28,699 nucleotides of DNA from Candidatus Methanoperedenaceae archaeon (lineage in GTDB: Archaea > Halobacteriota > Methanosarcinia > Methanosarcinales > Methanoperedenaceae), in the NCBI GenBank assembly GCA_963753595.1, contig CAVWCX010000026.1, positions 1-28,699 of the forward strand, in the 5' to 3' direction. A program made the position numbers and the translations under genes. Shown piece by piece: positions 1 to 8,814 of the stretch. The notes beneath the pieces were generated by a model. It did no database searches, was not told the DNA's origin, and was given only the letters and a program-made list of their open reading frames with translations. Every line of letters begins with the position of its first letter. Position 1 is the first letter of the stretch.

Positions 1-741
1 TTCGGTCACATTTTTCCCTCACATTCCCTCGATGAACTGGATGAGGCCATGATAAGCCAGGCTTTTGTGAGAAGTGGAGCTGATTTTGCATATTTTGACC
101 GAAAATCCATGAAGGGGGAGCAGCGTGAGAAGCTGGGTAAGATGATAGAAAACATCGGGTTTGAAGTGTTAAAGGAAAGCGACATCAGGGAAATGGATGG
201 AGTGCCCTGGGAATTTTGCGTGCAGCTTCGAAAAAGGGTCAAGGAGATATGTCCTTCCGGGAAACCTGTGATCACAGACGGGATAAAATGTGCGTTATCC
301 TCCTGCCAGACATGTATCTGCCCAAAGGTCAGGATCGCAAGGATCAATCCCGCGCTTTTATCCGAAGCGGAAAAACTTGATAAGAATGGTCTTAAGGCTT
401 TCCTCTGTGACCATAATATAGCCTATATCGAATATGAAGATGGAAGATTTGCTCATATCCTTATCGGGATTGATGATTCATGTGCCAGGCTGGCTGCGGA
501 AGAATTAAGGGATAAATGTGTTGAAATTATTAAGTAAACATTATGATGTCAGTCTGGATAAAGGAATACTGCAAATATCTGACAGGAAGTTTAGTCCGGA
601 ACTTGCAAAATCACTCGGGATTGTGGACATTGCTGCTTCTATGGGCGGCTGGCCCGGGGTGAATCCGTGATAATAGGCGGAAAAACTATAAATCCAGAGA
701 TGGTATATGAAACAAATAAAAGAGCCATTAAATTGAATTAA
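1..741 (+). CDS. dtdA: D-aminoacyl-tRNA deacylase (archaeal DTD2), 5'-truncated by the window, with apparent frameshifts near 532 and 620-640
   Basis: Frame 1 is open from base 1 (FGHIFPSHSLDELDEAMISQAF...AYFDRKSMKGEQR), resembling the DTD2 C-terminal region. After the stop at 537 other frames continue (SKHYDVSLDKGILQISDRKFSPELAKSLG...YGRLARGESVIIGGKTINPEMVY) to TAA 739-741. Lies directly upstream of ftsZ, a known euryarchaeal arrangement. Confidence 0.7.
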
Positions 742-760
742 TAAACGATGGAGAAGAAGC

Positions 761-1854
761 ATGGAATCAATAATTAAAGAAGCAATATCAAGGGCAGGTG
801 AATCCCCAATGCCAGTAATTGGGGATACAGACAAGGAACTTCTGGAAAATATTAAAGGAATTAAAGACAAATATTGTTGTCATTGGATGCGGAGGTTCAG
901 GTCGAACACTATCCAGAGGATTTCTGACGAGGGAATACTTGGGGCGGAGCTGTATGCTATCAATACAGATGCCCAGCATTTATTAAATATCCAGGTTAAA
1001 AAGAAGATCCTTATCGGGAGAAACAGGACCAGAGGGCTTGGCGCGGGAAGCCTGCCCCGAGATAGGGCAGGATGCTGCCCAGGAATCAAAAGCTGCGATT
1101 GAAAAAGCTGTGGAGAATGCAGATTCTGTTTTCATAACATGCGGACTTGGCGGCGGAACAGGTACTGGCTCAGCCCCTGTTGTTGCAGAAATTGCGCGTG
1201 ATGCCGGGGCATTAACAATAGCTGTTGTAACACTTCCATTTTCAGTTGAAGGACAAATCCGCATGGATAATGCTGAAGGCAGGACTTGAGCGCCTTCGTG
1301 ATTCAGTAGATACCGTAATAGTTGTTCCTAATGACAAATTGCTTGAAGTTGTCCCTCATCTTCCTTTGCAGACAGCTTTTAAAGTATGCGATGAAGTCCT
1401 TATGCGCTCAGTAAAAGGAATAACAGAATTGATCACAAAACCGGGTCTCTGTAAATCTTGATTTTGCCGATGTCAGGGTTATTATGCAAAAGAGCGGCGT
1501 TGCCATGATAGGTCTTGGTGAGGCCGAAGGCGAAAACAAAGCAATAGAATCCATCCAGAAAGCGCTGAGGAGCCCCCTCCTTGATGTAGATGTATCCGCG
1601 CATCAGGCGCACTTGTAAATGTAGTTGGAGGCCCGGATATGACCATAGCTGAGGCTGAAAGTGTGGTAAATGAGCTATATACACGCATTCATCCCAAGGC
1701 AAGGCTGATATGGGGTGCAATGGTTGACCCTGACCTTGAAAATGTCATACGCACAATGGTCGTAGTCACAGGAGTTACATCACCGCAAATTCTAGGTAAG
1801 AATACTAAAGGAAATATTTCAACGGCTAAATACGGGATTGATTTTGTAAGATAG
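761..1854 (+). CDS. ftsZ: Cell division protein FtsZ (FtsZ1-type), split by about 6 single-base indels
   Basis: Fragments join into a full FtsZ: [25 protein letters not shown], tubulin signature [10 protein letters not shown]7 loop [14 protein letters not shown]-terminal YGIDFV. Indels near 848, 901, 1058, 1277, 1449, 1597. Confidence 0.93.
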
Positions 1855-1879
1855 CTGGAATAATTTAATATTGGTTTTA

Positions 1880-2612
1880 ATGCCTGCATACATAAACGAG
1901 ATATTCAATTCCATACAGGGGGAAGGTCCTTATGCGGGCATGCGCCAGGTTTTTGTCAGGTTTGAAAAATGCCAGCTCCACTGTGCTTACTGCGATACCC
2001 CGCGAACTCGTGAAATATCAGGCTCTTGCGGGAGTTGAGACAAAACCCGGAAGCGGAAAATTTAATTCAGTACAAACACCATTACACAGGGAAGATGTTG
2101 AAGGATTTCATCCGGAAGTTGTGGACACCCATCAACAAAACATGTCAGCCTGACAGGTGGGGAACCGTTACTGCATGCTGATTTCATAAAGACGCTTGAG
2201 ATCTCGATATCCCTTATATCTTGAAACGAATTCAGGATTTCCAGAAAAAGCGCGGGAATTAAAGGATATTATTGCAATAGCATCATGCGATATTAAATTG
2301 CCGGAACATGAATGTACTGACCATTATTCGCAGCTTTTGAAAAATGAGCTTGAGACGATCTCTATTTTGAATGAGACTGCAAAGACTTTTGTGAAGGTAA
2401 TAATCATGCCGGAAACTACAAAACAGTCATTATCATTTGCTATCGAAGGTGTCAGATCAATTGATGATAATATTCCTTTTATCCTCCAGCCTGTGACATC
2501 AGAAAAAAAAGTCCCTTCATCTTTATTGTTTGAACTGATGGATTTTGCGGGAGAAAAATTAAAAGATGTGCGTGCCATACCGCAAACGCACAAGATGATG
2601 AACCTTCTTTAA
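1880..2612 (+). CDS. queE: 7-carboxy-7-deazaguanine synthase (radical SAM), frameshifted
   Basis: ATG 1880 reads [40 protein letters not shown] (CxxxCxxC). Then [27 protein letters not shown] and IPQTHK in shifted frames. Indels near 2030, 2102, 2129, 2206. Confidence 0.88.
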
Positions 2613-3121
2613 CTATTAGTCGCTGTGGCCAGGTTAATCACTTTCTGGGCATCGATCGACGACCCGACTTTGATCATTGAACCGTTGGTTGTCCAGATAA
2701 GATTATATTTAGGCACCAACTTCCCATCGACTGTAAAATAATACATAACTTTTGTTGCTTTGTGGCCATTAAAGTATATCTCAGTGAATGGGTCATAACC
2801 GGCATCCTTATACATAGCCTTATATTCGTTCATGATGGTTTCCGGCGAATCCGTTTTGAAAACCTGGATATATATATCTTCTCCGGTATCTGTCCTGTAA
2901 TATCCTTCAATTGCTTTTCTTGAAGATGTGCCAATATCAACATCGGTTTCATGTATTGCCATGAATGTAAAACCAGAAGGCAAATTGACAGTGGGAATTT
3001 GTTCAGATTTGATCGTTTCAGTCTTATCTACTGGATTATCACCGGTTTTATCATCAATACAGCCGGAAACAAAAGCAGTTACGGATAATAAGATCATTAA
3101 CAATATAATTTTTTTTAACAT
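2609..3121 (-). CDS. Predicted lipoprotein, unknown function
   Basis: Start reassigned to MLKKIILLMILLSVTAFVSGC at 3121, preceded by GGAG. Basic N-terminus, hydrophobic core and SGC lipobox. Confidence 0.75.
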   Translation of the reverse strand: MLKKIILLMILLSVTAFVSGCIDDKTGDNPVDKTETIKSEQIPTVNLPSGFTFMAIHETDVDIGTSSRKAIEGYYRTDTGEDIYIQVFKTDSPETIMNEYKAMYKDAGYDPFTEIYFNGHKATKVMYYFTVDGKLVPKYNLIWTTNGSMIKVGSSIDAQKVINLATATNS

Positions 3122-3211
3122 ATTTTCTCCTGGCTTCATATACGACTTTGAATAAAAAAAGATAACGGTCAGAATCACAAGTTTTAAAATCATAGTCGAT
3201 ATACTCTATGC

Positions 3212-3646
3212 ATGGATTATCGCAAAGGTTCGATCGGACGTGTATTTGTAGTAAGGATTGACCATGGGGAAGATGTTTTTGGGGAGCTTTCAGGGCTTGC
3301 CGTCAAAGAGAATATAAGGTCTGCCTTTTTTACGATGCTAGGCGCAATGGGAAGCGCAGACCTCGTTACAGGCCCAAAAGATAAAGTTGTTCCTCCCACA
3401 GTAGTCTGGTCAAAATTTGAGGATGCACGCGAAATATTAGGCGCAGGCAATATTTTCTGGGAAAATGGGGCTCCAAAGATACACCTCCACGGGGCTGCCG
3501 GAAGCAGCAGGGGAATGACCATGGGATGTTTCAGGAAAGCTGCACAGGCATTCATGGTGCTTGAGGTGTTCATTGTTGAGATGGATATTGCTGCGCAAAG
3601 GGTATTTAATGAAAAAATCGGATTTTCCCCTGTGACATTTGAATGA
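3212..3646 (+). CDS. PPC/DUF296 domain protein
   Basis: 144 aa; GRVFVVRIDHGEDV, LGAMG, EILGAGNI and KIHLHG motifs typical of DUF296. Confidence 0.85.
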   Translation: MDYRKGSIGRVFVVRIDHGEDVFGELSGLAVKENIRSAFFTMLGAMGSADLVTGPKDKVVPPTVVWSKFEDAREILGAGNIFWENGAPKIHLHGAAGSSRGMTMGCFRKAAQAFMVLEVFIVEMDIAAQRVFNEKIGFSPVTFE

Positions 3647-3733
3647 TTCCATCTATAAATGTAAAACGGTTTTGGTTGATTGTAATTGGCAAAATACAAA
3701 TACCACGAATGATAATTATAAATATGTGGGAAC

Positions 3734-4183
3734 ATGCCAAAACTTGCAATTATCTATGGCACCGGGTCACATAACACCCAGAGGATAGCCCAGGCTATAG
3801 AAGAAGGTGCAAAAGCGGAAGGTATAGAAACCGTACTGGAAAATGTTTCTTTTGCCGATAAGAACGACCTATATGATGCCGATGCTATTGCTATCGGTTC
3901 ACCGAATTATCGTGACGCTATGATGCCTTCTGTGCAAAAATTCCTGAATGAACTGGCTGATGTTGACCTGTCCGGGAAAATAGGTCTTGCTTTCGGGTCT
4001 TATGGATGGGGTCTTGAAGCTATACGGGCGATCAATAAGCAATTGACATCATACGGTGTTGATATGATAAAAGATCTGGGTATAAAAAGGATGCCCGGGG
4101 ATGAGGAACTTGAGATATGCAGGAGGGTTGGCTCGCTTCTTGCCTGTAAAATAAATAATAAGGAGGTAAAATGTGTAGCGTAG
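3734..4183 (+). CDS. Flavodoxin (FprA C-terminal-like)
   Basis: IIYGTGSHNT, AIGSPNY and GKIGLAFGSYGW flavodoxin motifs. Confidence 0.88.
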   Translation: MPKLAIIYGTGSHNTQRIAQAIEEGAKAEGIETVLENVSFADKNDLYDADAIAIGSPNYRDAMMPSVQKFLNELADVDLSGKIGLAFGSYGWGLEAIRAINKQLTSYGVDMIKDLGIKRMPGDEELEICRRVGSLLACKINNKEVKCVA

Positions 4184-4326
4184 GTGATTCGTTCGGTGTA
4201 GAACTTGAAGGTGGCATGGAATCGCATAGTTATTTATGCAACCATTGCAGCAAGACATTCAAAGGCATAGGCACCAATTTGAAATGCCCGAAATGCTTTT
4301 CGGAAGATATAAAATGCATTGACTAG
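4171..4326 (+). CDS. Small zinc-ribbon protein, 51 aa (missing from ORF track)
   Basis: AGGAGGT SD at 4161-4167, ATG 4171. MCSVGDSFGVELEGGMESHSYLCNHCSKTFKGIGTNLKCPKCFSEDIKCID with CxxC...CPxC. Overlaps the 3' end of the flavodoxin gene. Confidence 0.75.
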   Translation: MCSVGDSFGVELEGGMESHSYLCNHCSKTFKGIGTNLKCPKCFSEDIKCID

Positions 4327-4475
4327 ATCGAAAAATTGCAGAAAATATCTCTTCTTTTTTTTCTAAATAATATGGATATTAAATAAGCAACTGTTGCACT
4401 TTTGCACATGTATATATAGTTTGAAGAACATATAATAAATTGTTGAAAGAAATAAATCAAGGGAGGTCTGCCAAC

Positions 4476-4850
4476 ATGAATGAAATACGTCCTCTGGAAA
4501 TTCTTGAAGGAATATTGAAAGAAATAAATAAAACCGGCAAGATCGATGAATCAGCAATTGTAAGTAGATCCGGTTTATTGATCTGCTCTACATTACCTGG
4601 AAACCAACATGCAGAAACATTAGTAGCCATGTCGGCAACCATGTTCGGCGCAGCAGAAACCGCAGCTTCTGAGCTTGGAAAAGATTTACCTGAAAGGATA
4701 GTAATTGAATCAAAAAATGGAAAATTAATTGAAACAGGAGCAGGCCCGAAAGCATTGCTTTTAGTTATGGCAAGAGCGGATGCCGATCTTGGATTAGTTC
4801 TTGTTGAAATGAAAAAAGCATCCGAAAAGATCAAGCAGGTTCTTGGGTAA
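4476..4850 (+). CDS. Roadblock/LC7 domain protein
   Basis: SAIVSRSGLLI, AMSATMFGAAE and GAGPKALLLV pattern. GGAGGT SD before ATG 4476. Confidence 0.88.
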   Translation: MNEIRPLEILEGILKEINKTGKIDESAIVSRSGLLICSTLPGNQHAETLVAMSATMFGAAETAASELGKDLPERIVIESKNGKLIETGAGPKALLLVMARADADLGLVLVEMKKASEKIKQVLG

Positions 4851-4853
4851 ATT

Positions 4854-6146
4854 TTATTTTGGCCTGTAATATTCCCATTTACCAAGCGCCTGCTTTAATT
4901 CCTTATTTTTTTTCGCAAATTCATTAAGGTCAACACCATCCATTGTAGCTTCTATTGCCTGCATCACTGCCTTTGCACCCGCCCGCGTTCCTTTTGGGTG
5001 GCCGTGTATGCCGCCGCTCACAAGCAAAGTGCAGTCATTCCCCAGAATATTCATTACCGATGGTATCAATCCCGGATGAAGCCCTCCTGAGGAAACGGGA
5101 AGGGTCGGCTTTATTGACCCCCAATCCTGTGATAGCATATTACCATCTTTAATTTTACATTCACGAAGTACATTAGCGATCTGTGTGACCTCTTTTTTAC
5201 TCCCCACAAGTTTTCCTATTGCGGTACCTGAATGAATTTCATCGACCCCTATTAACCGCATTAGTTTTGCAAGGAAATACATGCTCAACCCGTGTTTCGG
5301 GTTCCTGTCAAAAGCCGCATGCATCGCGCGATGGGCGTGGATGGCTAATCCAAGATCATTGCATTCATCCCGCATTGTCTGGACAGAGGCTGTTCCGCAG
5401 GTGACAACATCTATCATGGCAAACCTCCAGCCCGAATCATGAAGCAATTTTGCCTTTCTGATCATTTCTTTTGTCTCACCCGTGATATTCAAAAGGGCGT
5501 CTTTTTGTTCGCCTGTTTCTTTTTCAGCTTTATCACGCAGTTTGGCCATTCGCGTAAGCCTGTCTTCGAAGCGGTTAAAAGACGTGGAAGTAAGGTTCTC
5601 ATCGTCCTTAACAAGATCAAATCCACCCATCCAGGTTTCGTAAGCAACATCGGCATGTTCCGCTGCGCTAAAGCCGATCTTGGGTTTTGGCACTGCACCC
5701 GTTATTGGGCGTTCTTTGATTTTTAATAAAGACCTTATTCCCTTGATACCATGGTTTGGCCCTTTGAAAGACTTAATATATCGCCGTGGAAAGGATGCAT
5801 CAATGAGCCTCAAATTCCGAAGAGCTTTCATCCCGAAGATATTACCTGCTATCCCGCTCAGGAGCTGGGGGGCGTTTCCAGGCTCCCATAAGTCTATTGG
5901 ATAAGCGATCTTTACATATTTACCATTTAATTCAAATGCGCGCGCTTTTATCTTTTCAACCCGTGCCGGTAAGTCATGAAGAGTGGTCCATGTGCCTGCC
6001 GAACTTTCGGAAGCTATCCTTCCTATTGCTTCTTTTTCAGTAATTCCTTTTGCGGATTCAAAATAATATAAACAGATCAGATCGTCTTTTGCGGGGATAT
6101 AATTAAAATCTACGAATTCGTTGTACCAATCAATTTTCGCGGTCAT
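4854..6146 (-). CDS. rbcL: Form III ribulose-1,5-bisphosphate carboxylase large subunit
   Basis: ASESSAGTWT, PKPKIG, DLVKDDENL (carbamylation motif), HAHRAMH, HSGTAIGKL (loop 6 Lys), SSGGLHPG, GGIHGHP. Catalytic set looks complete; no small subunit. Confidence 0.93.
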   Translation of the reverse strand: MTAKIDWYNEFVDFNYIPAKDDLICLYYFESAKGITEKEAIGRIASESSAGTWTTLHDLPARVEKIKARAFELNGKYVKIAYPIDLWEPGNAPQLLSGIAGNIFGMKALRNLRLIDASFPRRYIKSFKGPNHGIKGIRSLLKIKERPITGAVPKPKIGFSAAEHADVAYETWMGGFDLVKDDENLTSTSFNRFEDRLTRMAKLRDKAEKETGEQKDALLNITGETKEMIRKAKLLHDSGWRFAMIDVVTCGTASVQTMRDECNDLGLAIHAHRAMHAAFDRNPKHGLSMYFLAKLMRLIGVDEIHSGTAIGKLVGSKKEVTQIANVLRECKIKDGNMLSQDWGSIKPTLPVSSGGLHPGLIPSVMNILGNDCTLLVSGGIHGHPKGTRAGAKAVMQAIEATMDGVDLNEFAKKNKELKQALGKWEYYRPK

Positions 6147-6428
6147 TCTATCACCATTCTTAATTATTTTATAAATTAAAAGATTTAACTGCCGGATGTC
6201 CAGAGTCTTGATTCACACAAAAAGATCCTTGATCAAAAAGGAATTGGGTCAGCGGATAGTTAAATAATACTTAATAAAATTTTACGGGATATTTTTCCTA
6301 AAATTACCAATTATAAACGATAAAAAACTAAATTATGCCTTATGGAACCTTTTGTACTAATTTTGGACTCTATAGACTTTAAACACGTTTATAGTAAAAG
6401 AATATAATGATTGAGCGGTGATTATGTT

Positions 6429-7769
6429 ATGGTAAAGTGGTTGAATAATGTAACTGGTTCCAGAGGTAAATCCCTGGTGCCAAGCACTATTATTACTTTA
6501 GTTATTGTTGCAATGCTAATAATGTCCGGGCCTGCGCAGGCAGTAGCTGTTAATATCGCAGGGTTGGAAGATTCTTATACAAAAGGTAATGATATTGAAT
6601 TCCAGGTAAAGATCGATATTAATGATCCGGATCAATATGTTTCGATAACCAATATATCTCTGGATTTGACAGGACCTGTCAATAAAACAATTTTCTTTGC
6701 TCTTGATGGAAAACAGATTTCAGGGGATTGTAAAATCAAAATAAAACCGGTTTCAATACCAAAAGATGATTTTGGGTATGGGAATAGCTATGGATATGAT
6801 TCCAGGGCAGGTTATGGTTATGATTTCGGTTATGGCTATGGGTATGGCTATAATTATGGAAGTGGAGGCGAAAAAATCAGTTTCATTTATAATGTTACTA
6901 TAGATACCGATAAAAAATGTTTTGCAGCAGGTGACTATAGTGTAGTTGCAAGTCTTAATACAGGTAAGAATGTAGCTTTCCAGAGCCCTGCGTTCGGTTT
7001 CAGGTTGCTGCCAGTTGCAGCGGGCGACAAAATCAAGGCTAAAGTCGATATTAAACCTGAGACAATTAACCTCGAAAGCAAAGGAAAGTTCACTGCTTTT
7101 ATAACACTGCCTGAAGATCTTGATGTAAGGGATATTGATATCGGGACAGTTTTGATAGAGGGGGCGCATGTAGTGAAATCGAGTATTTCGAATGAAAATG
7201 GCGGTACATTGATAGCGAAGTTCAACATTCAGGATCTGGAAAATGTGCCTACCGGGAATTCAGTCCTTTTTAATGTGACAGGCAAGGTCAATGGGATGAG
7301 CTTTGAGGGAAATGACAGGGTAAAAGTCATTGATAACAAAGATGAAAAAGATGTGGAGGAATGCAAGTGCGATGACCAGATAAAGGACCATGAAGACGAA
7401 TGTGACGGCCAGATAAAAGACCATGACCATGAAGACGAATGTGACGACCAGGTAAAAGACCATGACCATGAAGACGAATGTGATGACCAGGTAAAAGAAA
7501 ATGATCATGAAGATAAGAAACAGAAAGATGATAGCTCTGAGAGATACAAAAAAGAAGATACAAAGATAAATAACAATGGACGGGGAAATAATGCTGTAAT
7601 TAACAACATTAACATAAACGATAACACCGGGACTGTCAATGTAAATATCTACAATCAGGGCAGTGACGGTGGCAATTACAGGAAAAATCAAGACAGCCAG
7701 GGGAATAGTAAAACAAAAGGGAATAATGGAAATGGCAAGAGTCAAAGTAATGGTAAGGGCAATAAGTAA
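6429..7769 (+). CDS. Secreted/cell-surface protein with GY-rich loop, beta-sandwich-like domains, His/Asp/Cys repeats and Asn/Gly tail
   Basis: Signal peptide (...IITLVIVAMLIMSGPAQA), FGYGNSYGYD...GYGYGYGYNYG, repeats of ECDDQVKDHDHED, low-complexity C-terminus without membrane anchor. Start taken as ATG 6429 (ORF track uses TTG 6411). Confidence 0.8.
   Translation: MVKWLNNVTGSRGKSLVPSTIITLVIVAMLIMSGPAQAVAVNIAGLEDSYTKGNDIEFQVKIDINDPDQYVSITNISLDLTGPVNKTIFFALDGKQISGDCKIKIKPVSIPKDDFGYGNSYGYDSRAGYGYDFGYGYGYGYNYGSGGEKISFIYNVTIDTDKKCFAAGDYSVVASLNTGKNVAFQSPAFGFRLLPVAAGDKIKAKVDIKPETINLESKGKFTAFITLPEDLDVRDIDIGTVLIEGAHVVKSSISNENGGTLIAKFNIQDLENVPTGNSVLFNVTGKVNGMSFEGNDRVKVIDNKDEKDVEECKCDDQIKDHEDECDGQIKDHDHEDECDDQVKDHDHEDECDDQVKENDHEDKKQKDDSSERYKKEDTKINNNGRGNNAVINNININDNTGTVNVNIYNQGSDGGNYRKNQDSQGNSKTKGNNGNGKSQSNGKGNK
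7365..7514 (+). repeat. Intragenic tandem repeat: one 33-bp unit plus three 39-bp units
   Basis: Consensus GAATGTGACGACCAGGTAAAAGACCATGACCATGAAGAC starting at 7398, 7437 and 7476; shorter unit at 7365. Confidence 0.92.
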
Positions 7770-7806
7770 AGTACAGGAAAAAACATAATTCAGCCACTTA
7801 CTGATA

Positions 7807-7846
7807 TAAATATGAGATTTGGGTTTATTCCCAAATCTCATATTTA
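7807..7846. terminator. Perfect 17-bp inverted repeat (hairpin or operator)
   Basis: TAAATATGAGATTTGGG (7807-7823), loop TTTATT, CCCAAATCTCATATTTA (7830-7846). Structure is certain; function is not. Confidence 0.55.
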
Positions 7847-7892
7847 ATTTCAGCAAAAAAGTGGCATATTCAATGGAGATGGCGTTCTGGAA

Positions 7893-8810
7893 ATGAAAAA
7901 AGAAGGACTCTCGGTAATAATCCCAGCTTATAATGAAGAGGGACGGGTTCTTAAAACAATAAAACATGTAAGGAATATTTTCAATGAACTTGGAATAGAT
8001 CATGAAATAATTTTAGTGGATGATGGATCTACAGATGGTACTTTTCGTGAGGCGACTTCAGAAAAATTCGATAATGTCAAAGTTGTGGGGTCCAGGCGGA
8101 ACAGGGGTAAGGGCTATGCTATAAAATATGGCGTGACATTTATTACAAAGGATCTGGTCACTTTTCTTGATGCAGATAATGAACTTGACCCGGGGCAGAT
8201 AAATATCTTATTTGAGTACATGTTGAAAAACGGCGCTGATATAGTAGTTGGAAGTAAGAGACACCCCCTTTCCACGATCGAATATTATCCATTACTCAGG
8301 AAATTCCTGAGCCAGATGTACAATATCGTATTAAGGTTATTGCTGCAGCTGGAAATCAGGGATACGCAGGCAGGCTTCAAATTGATGAGAAGAGAGCCCG
8401 TGCAAAGGATATTTCCAATGATGCGCGTTAAGAGATATGCTTTTGATGTTGAATTTTTGGCCTATGCTACACGTTTTGGCTACAAGATAGTGGAAGCGCC
8501 TATAATTTTAAAATTCACGAGAAAAGGATTTGGGAGGATAAATTTCAAAACCATAGTCAACATGTTTCTTGATACAGTAGCAGTAGCCTCACGTTTCGGT
8601 GTTTTTCAATACTATACAAAAATGTTTCGCGACTCGACTTTTATGATAACAGCATTTGTGGCAGGGATGTATTTCTACAAACAATTCATCAATCCTTATG
8701 TATTCCCGGGAATCGAATCAAGAGGTTTAATGGCCTTATTTATGATCGGTCTTATAATAATTATTGTTACTTTACCCTATGAATCACTAGCAAAAAAATT
8801 TGAGAAGTAA
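7893..8810 (+). CDS. GT2 glycosyltransferase, dolichol-phosphate glycosyltransferase-like, with C-terminal TM helices
   Basis: SVIIPAYNEE, VDDGSTDGT, NRGKG, FLDADN, DTQAGFK, FDVE; two hydrophobic segments at the C-terminus. Confidence 0.9.
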   Translation: MKKEGLSVIIPAYNEEGRVLKTIKHVRNIFNELGIDHEIILVDDGSTDGTFREATSEKFDNVKVVGSRRNRGKGYAIKYGVTFITKDLVTFLDADNELDPGQINILFEYMLKNGADIVVGSKRHPLSTIEYYPLLRKFLSQMYNIVLRLLLQLEIRDTQAGFKLMRREPVQRIFPMMRVKRYAFDVEFLAYATRFGYKIVEAPIILKFTRKGFGRINFKTIVNMFLDTVAVASRFGVFQYYTKMFRDSTFMITAFVAGMYFYKQFINPYVFPGIESRGLMALFMIGLIIIIVTLPYESLAKKFEK

Positions 8811-8814
8811 TCCC

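Noticed and set aside
761-1854. Programmed frameshifting or phase variation in ftsZ
   Set aside because: Six mixed +1/-1 indels without slippery heptamers or long homopolymers, and neighbouring genes are equally affected; error is more parsimonious.
7365-7514. Repeat array as possible CRISPR
   Set aside because: Units are head-to-tail without unique spacers, in frame within a CDS, and there are no cas genes.
7260-8003. 247-aa hydrophobic minus-strand ORF and similar antisense ORFs (e.g. 16508-17122, 3217-3735)
   Set aside because: Shadows of well-supported opposite-strand genes; the hydrophobic repeats simply mirror the charged repeat.
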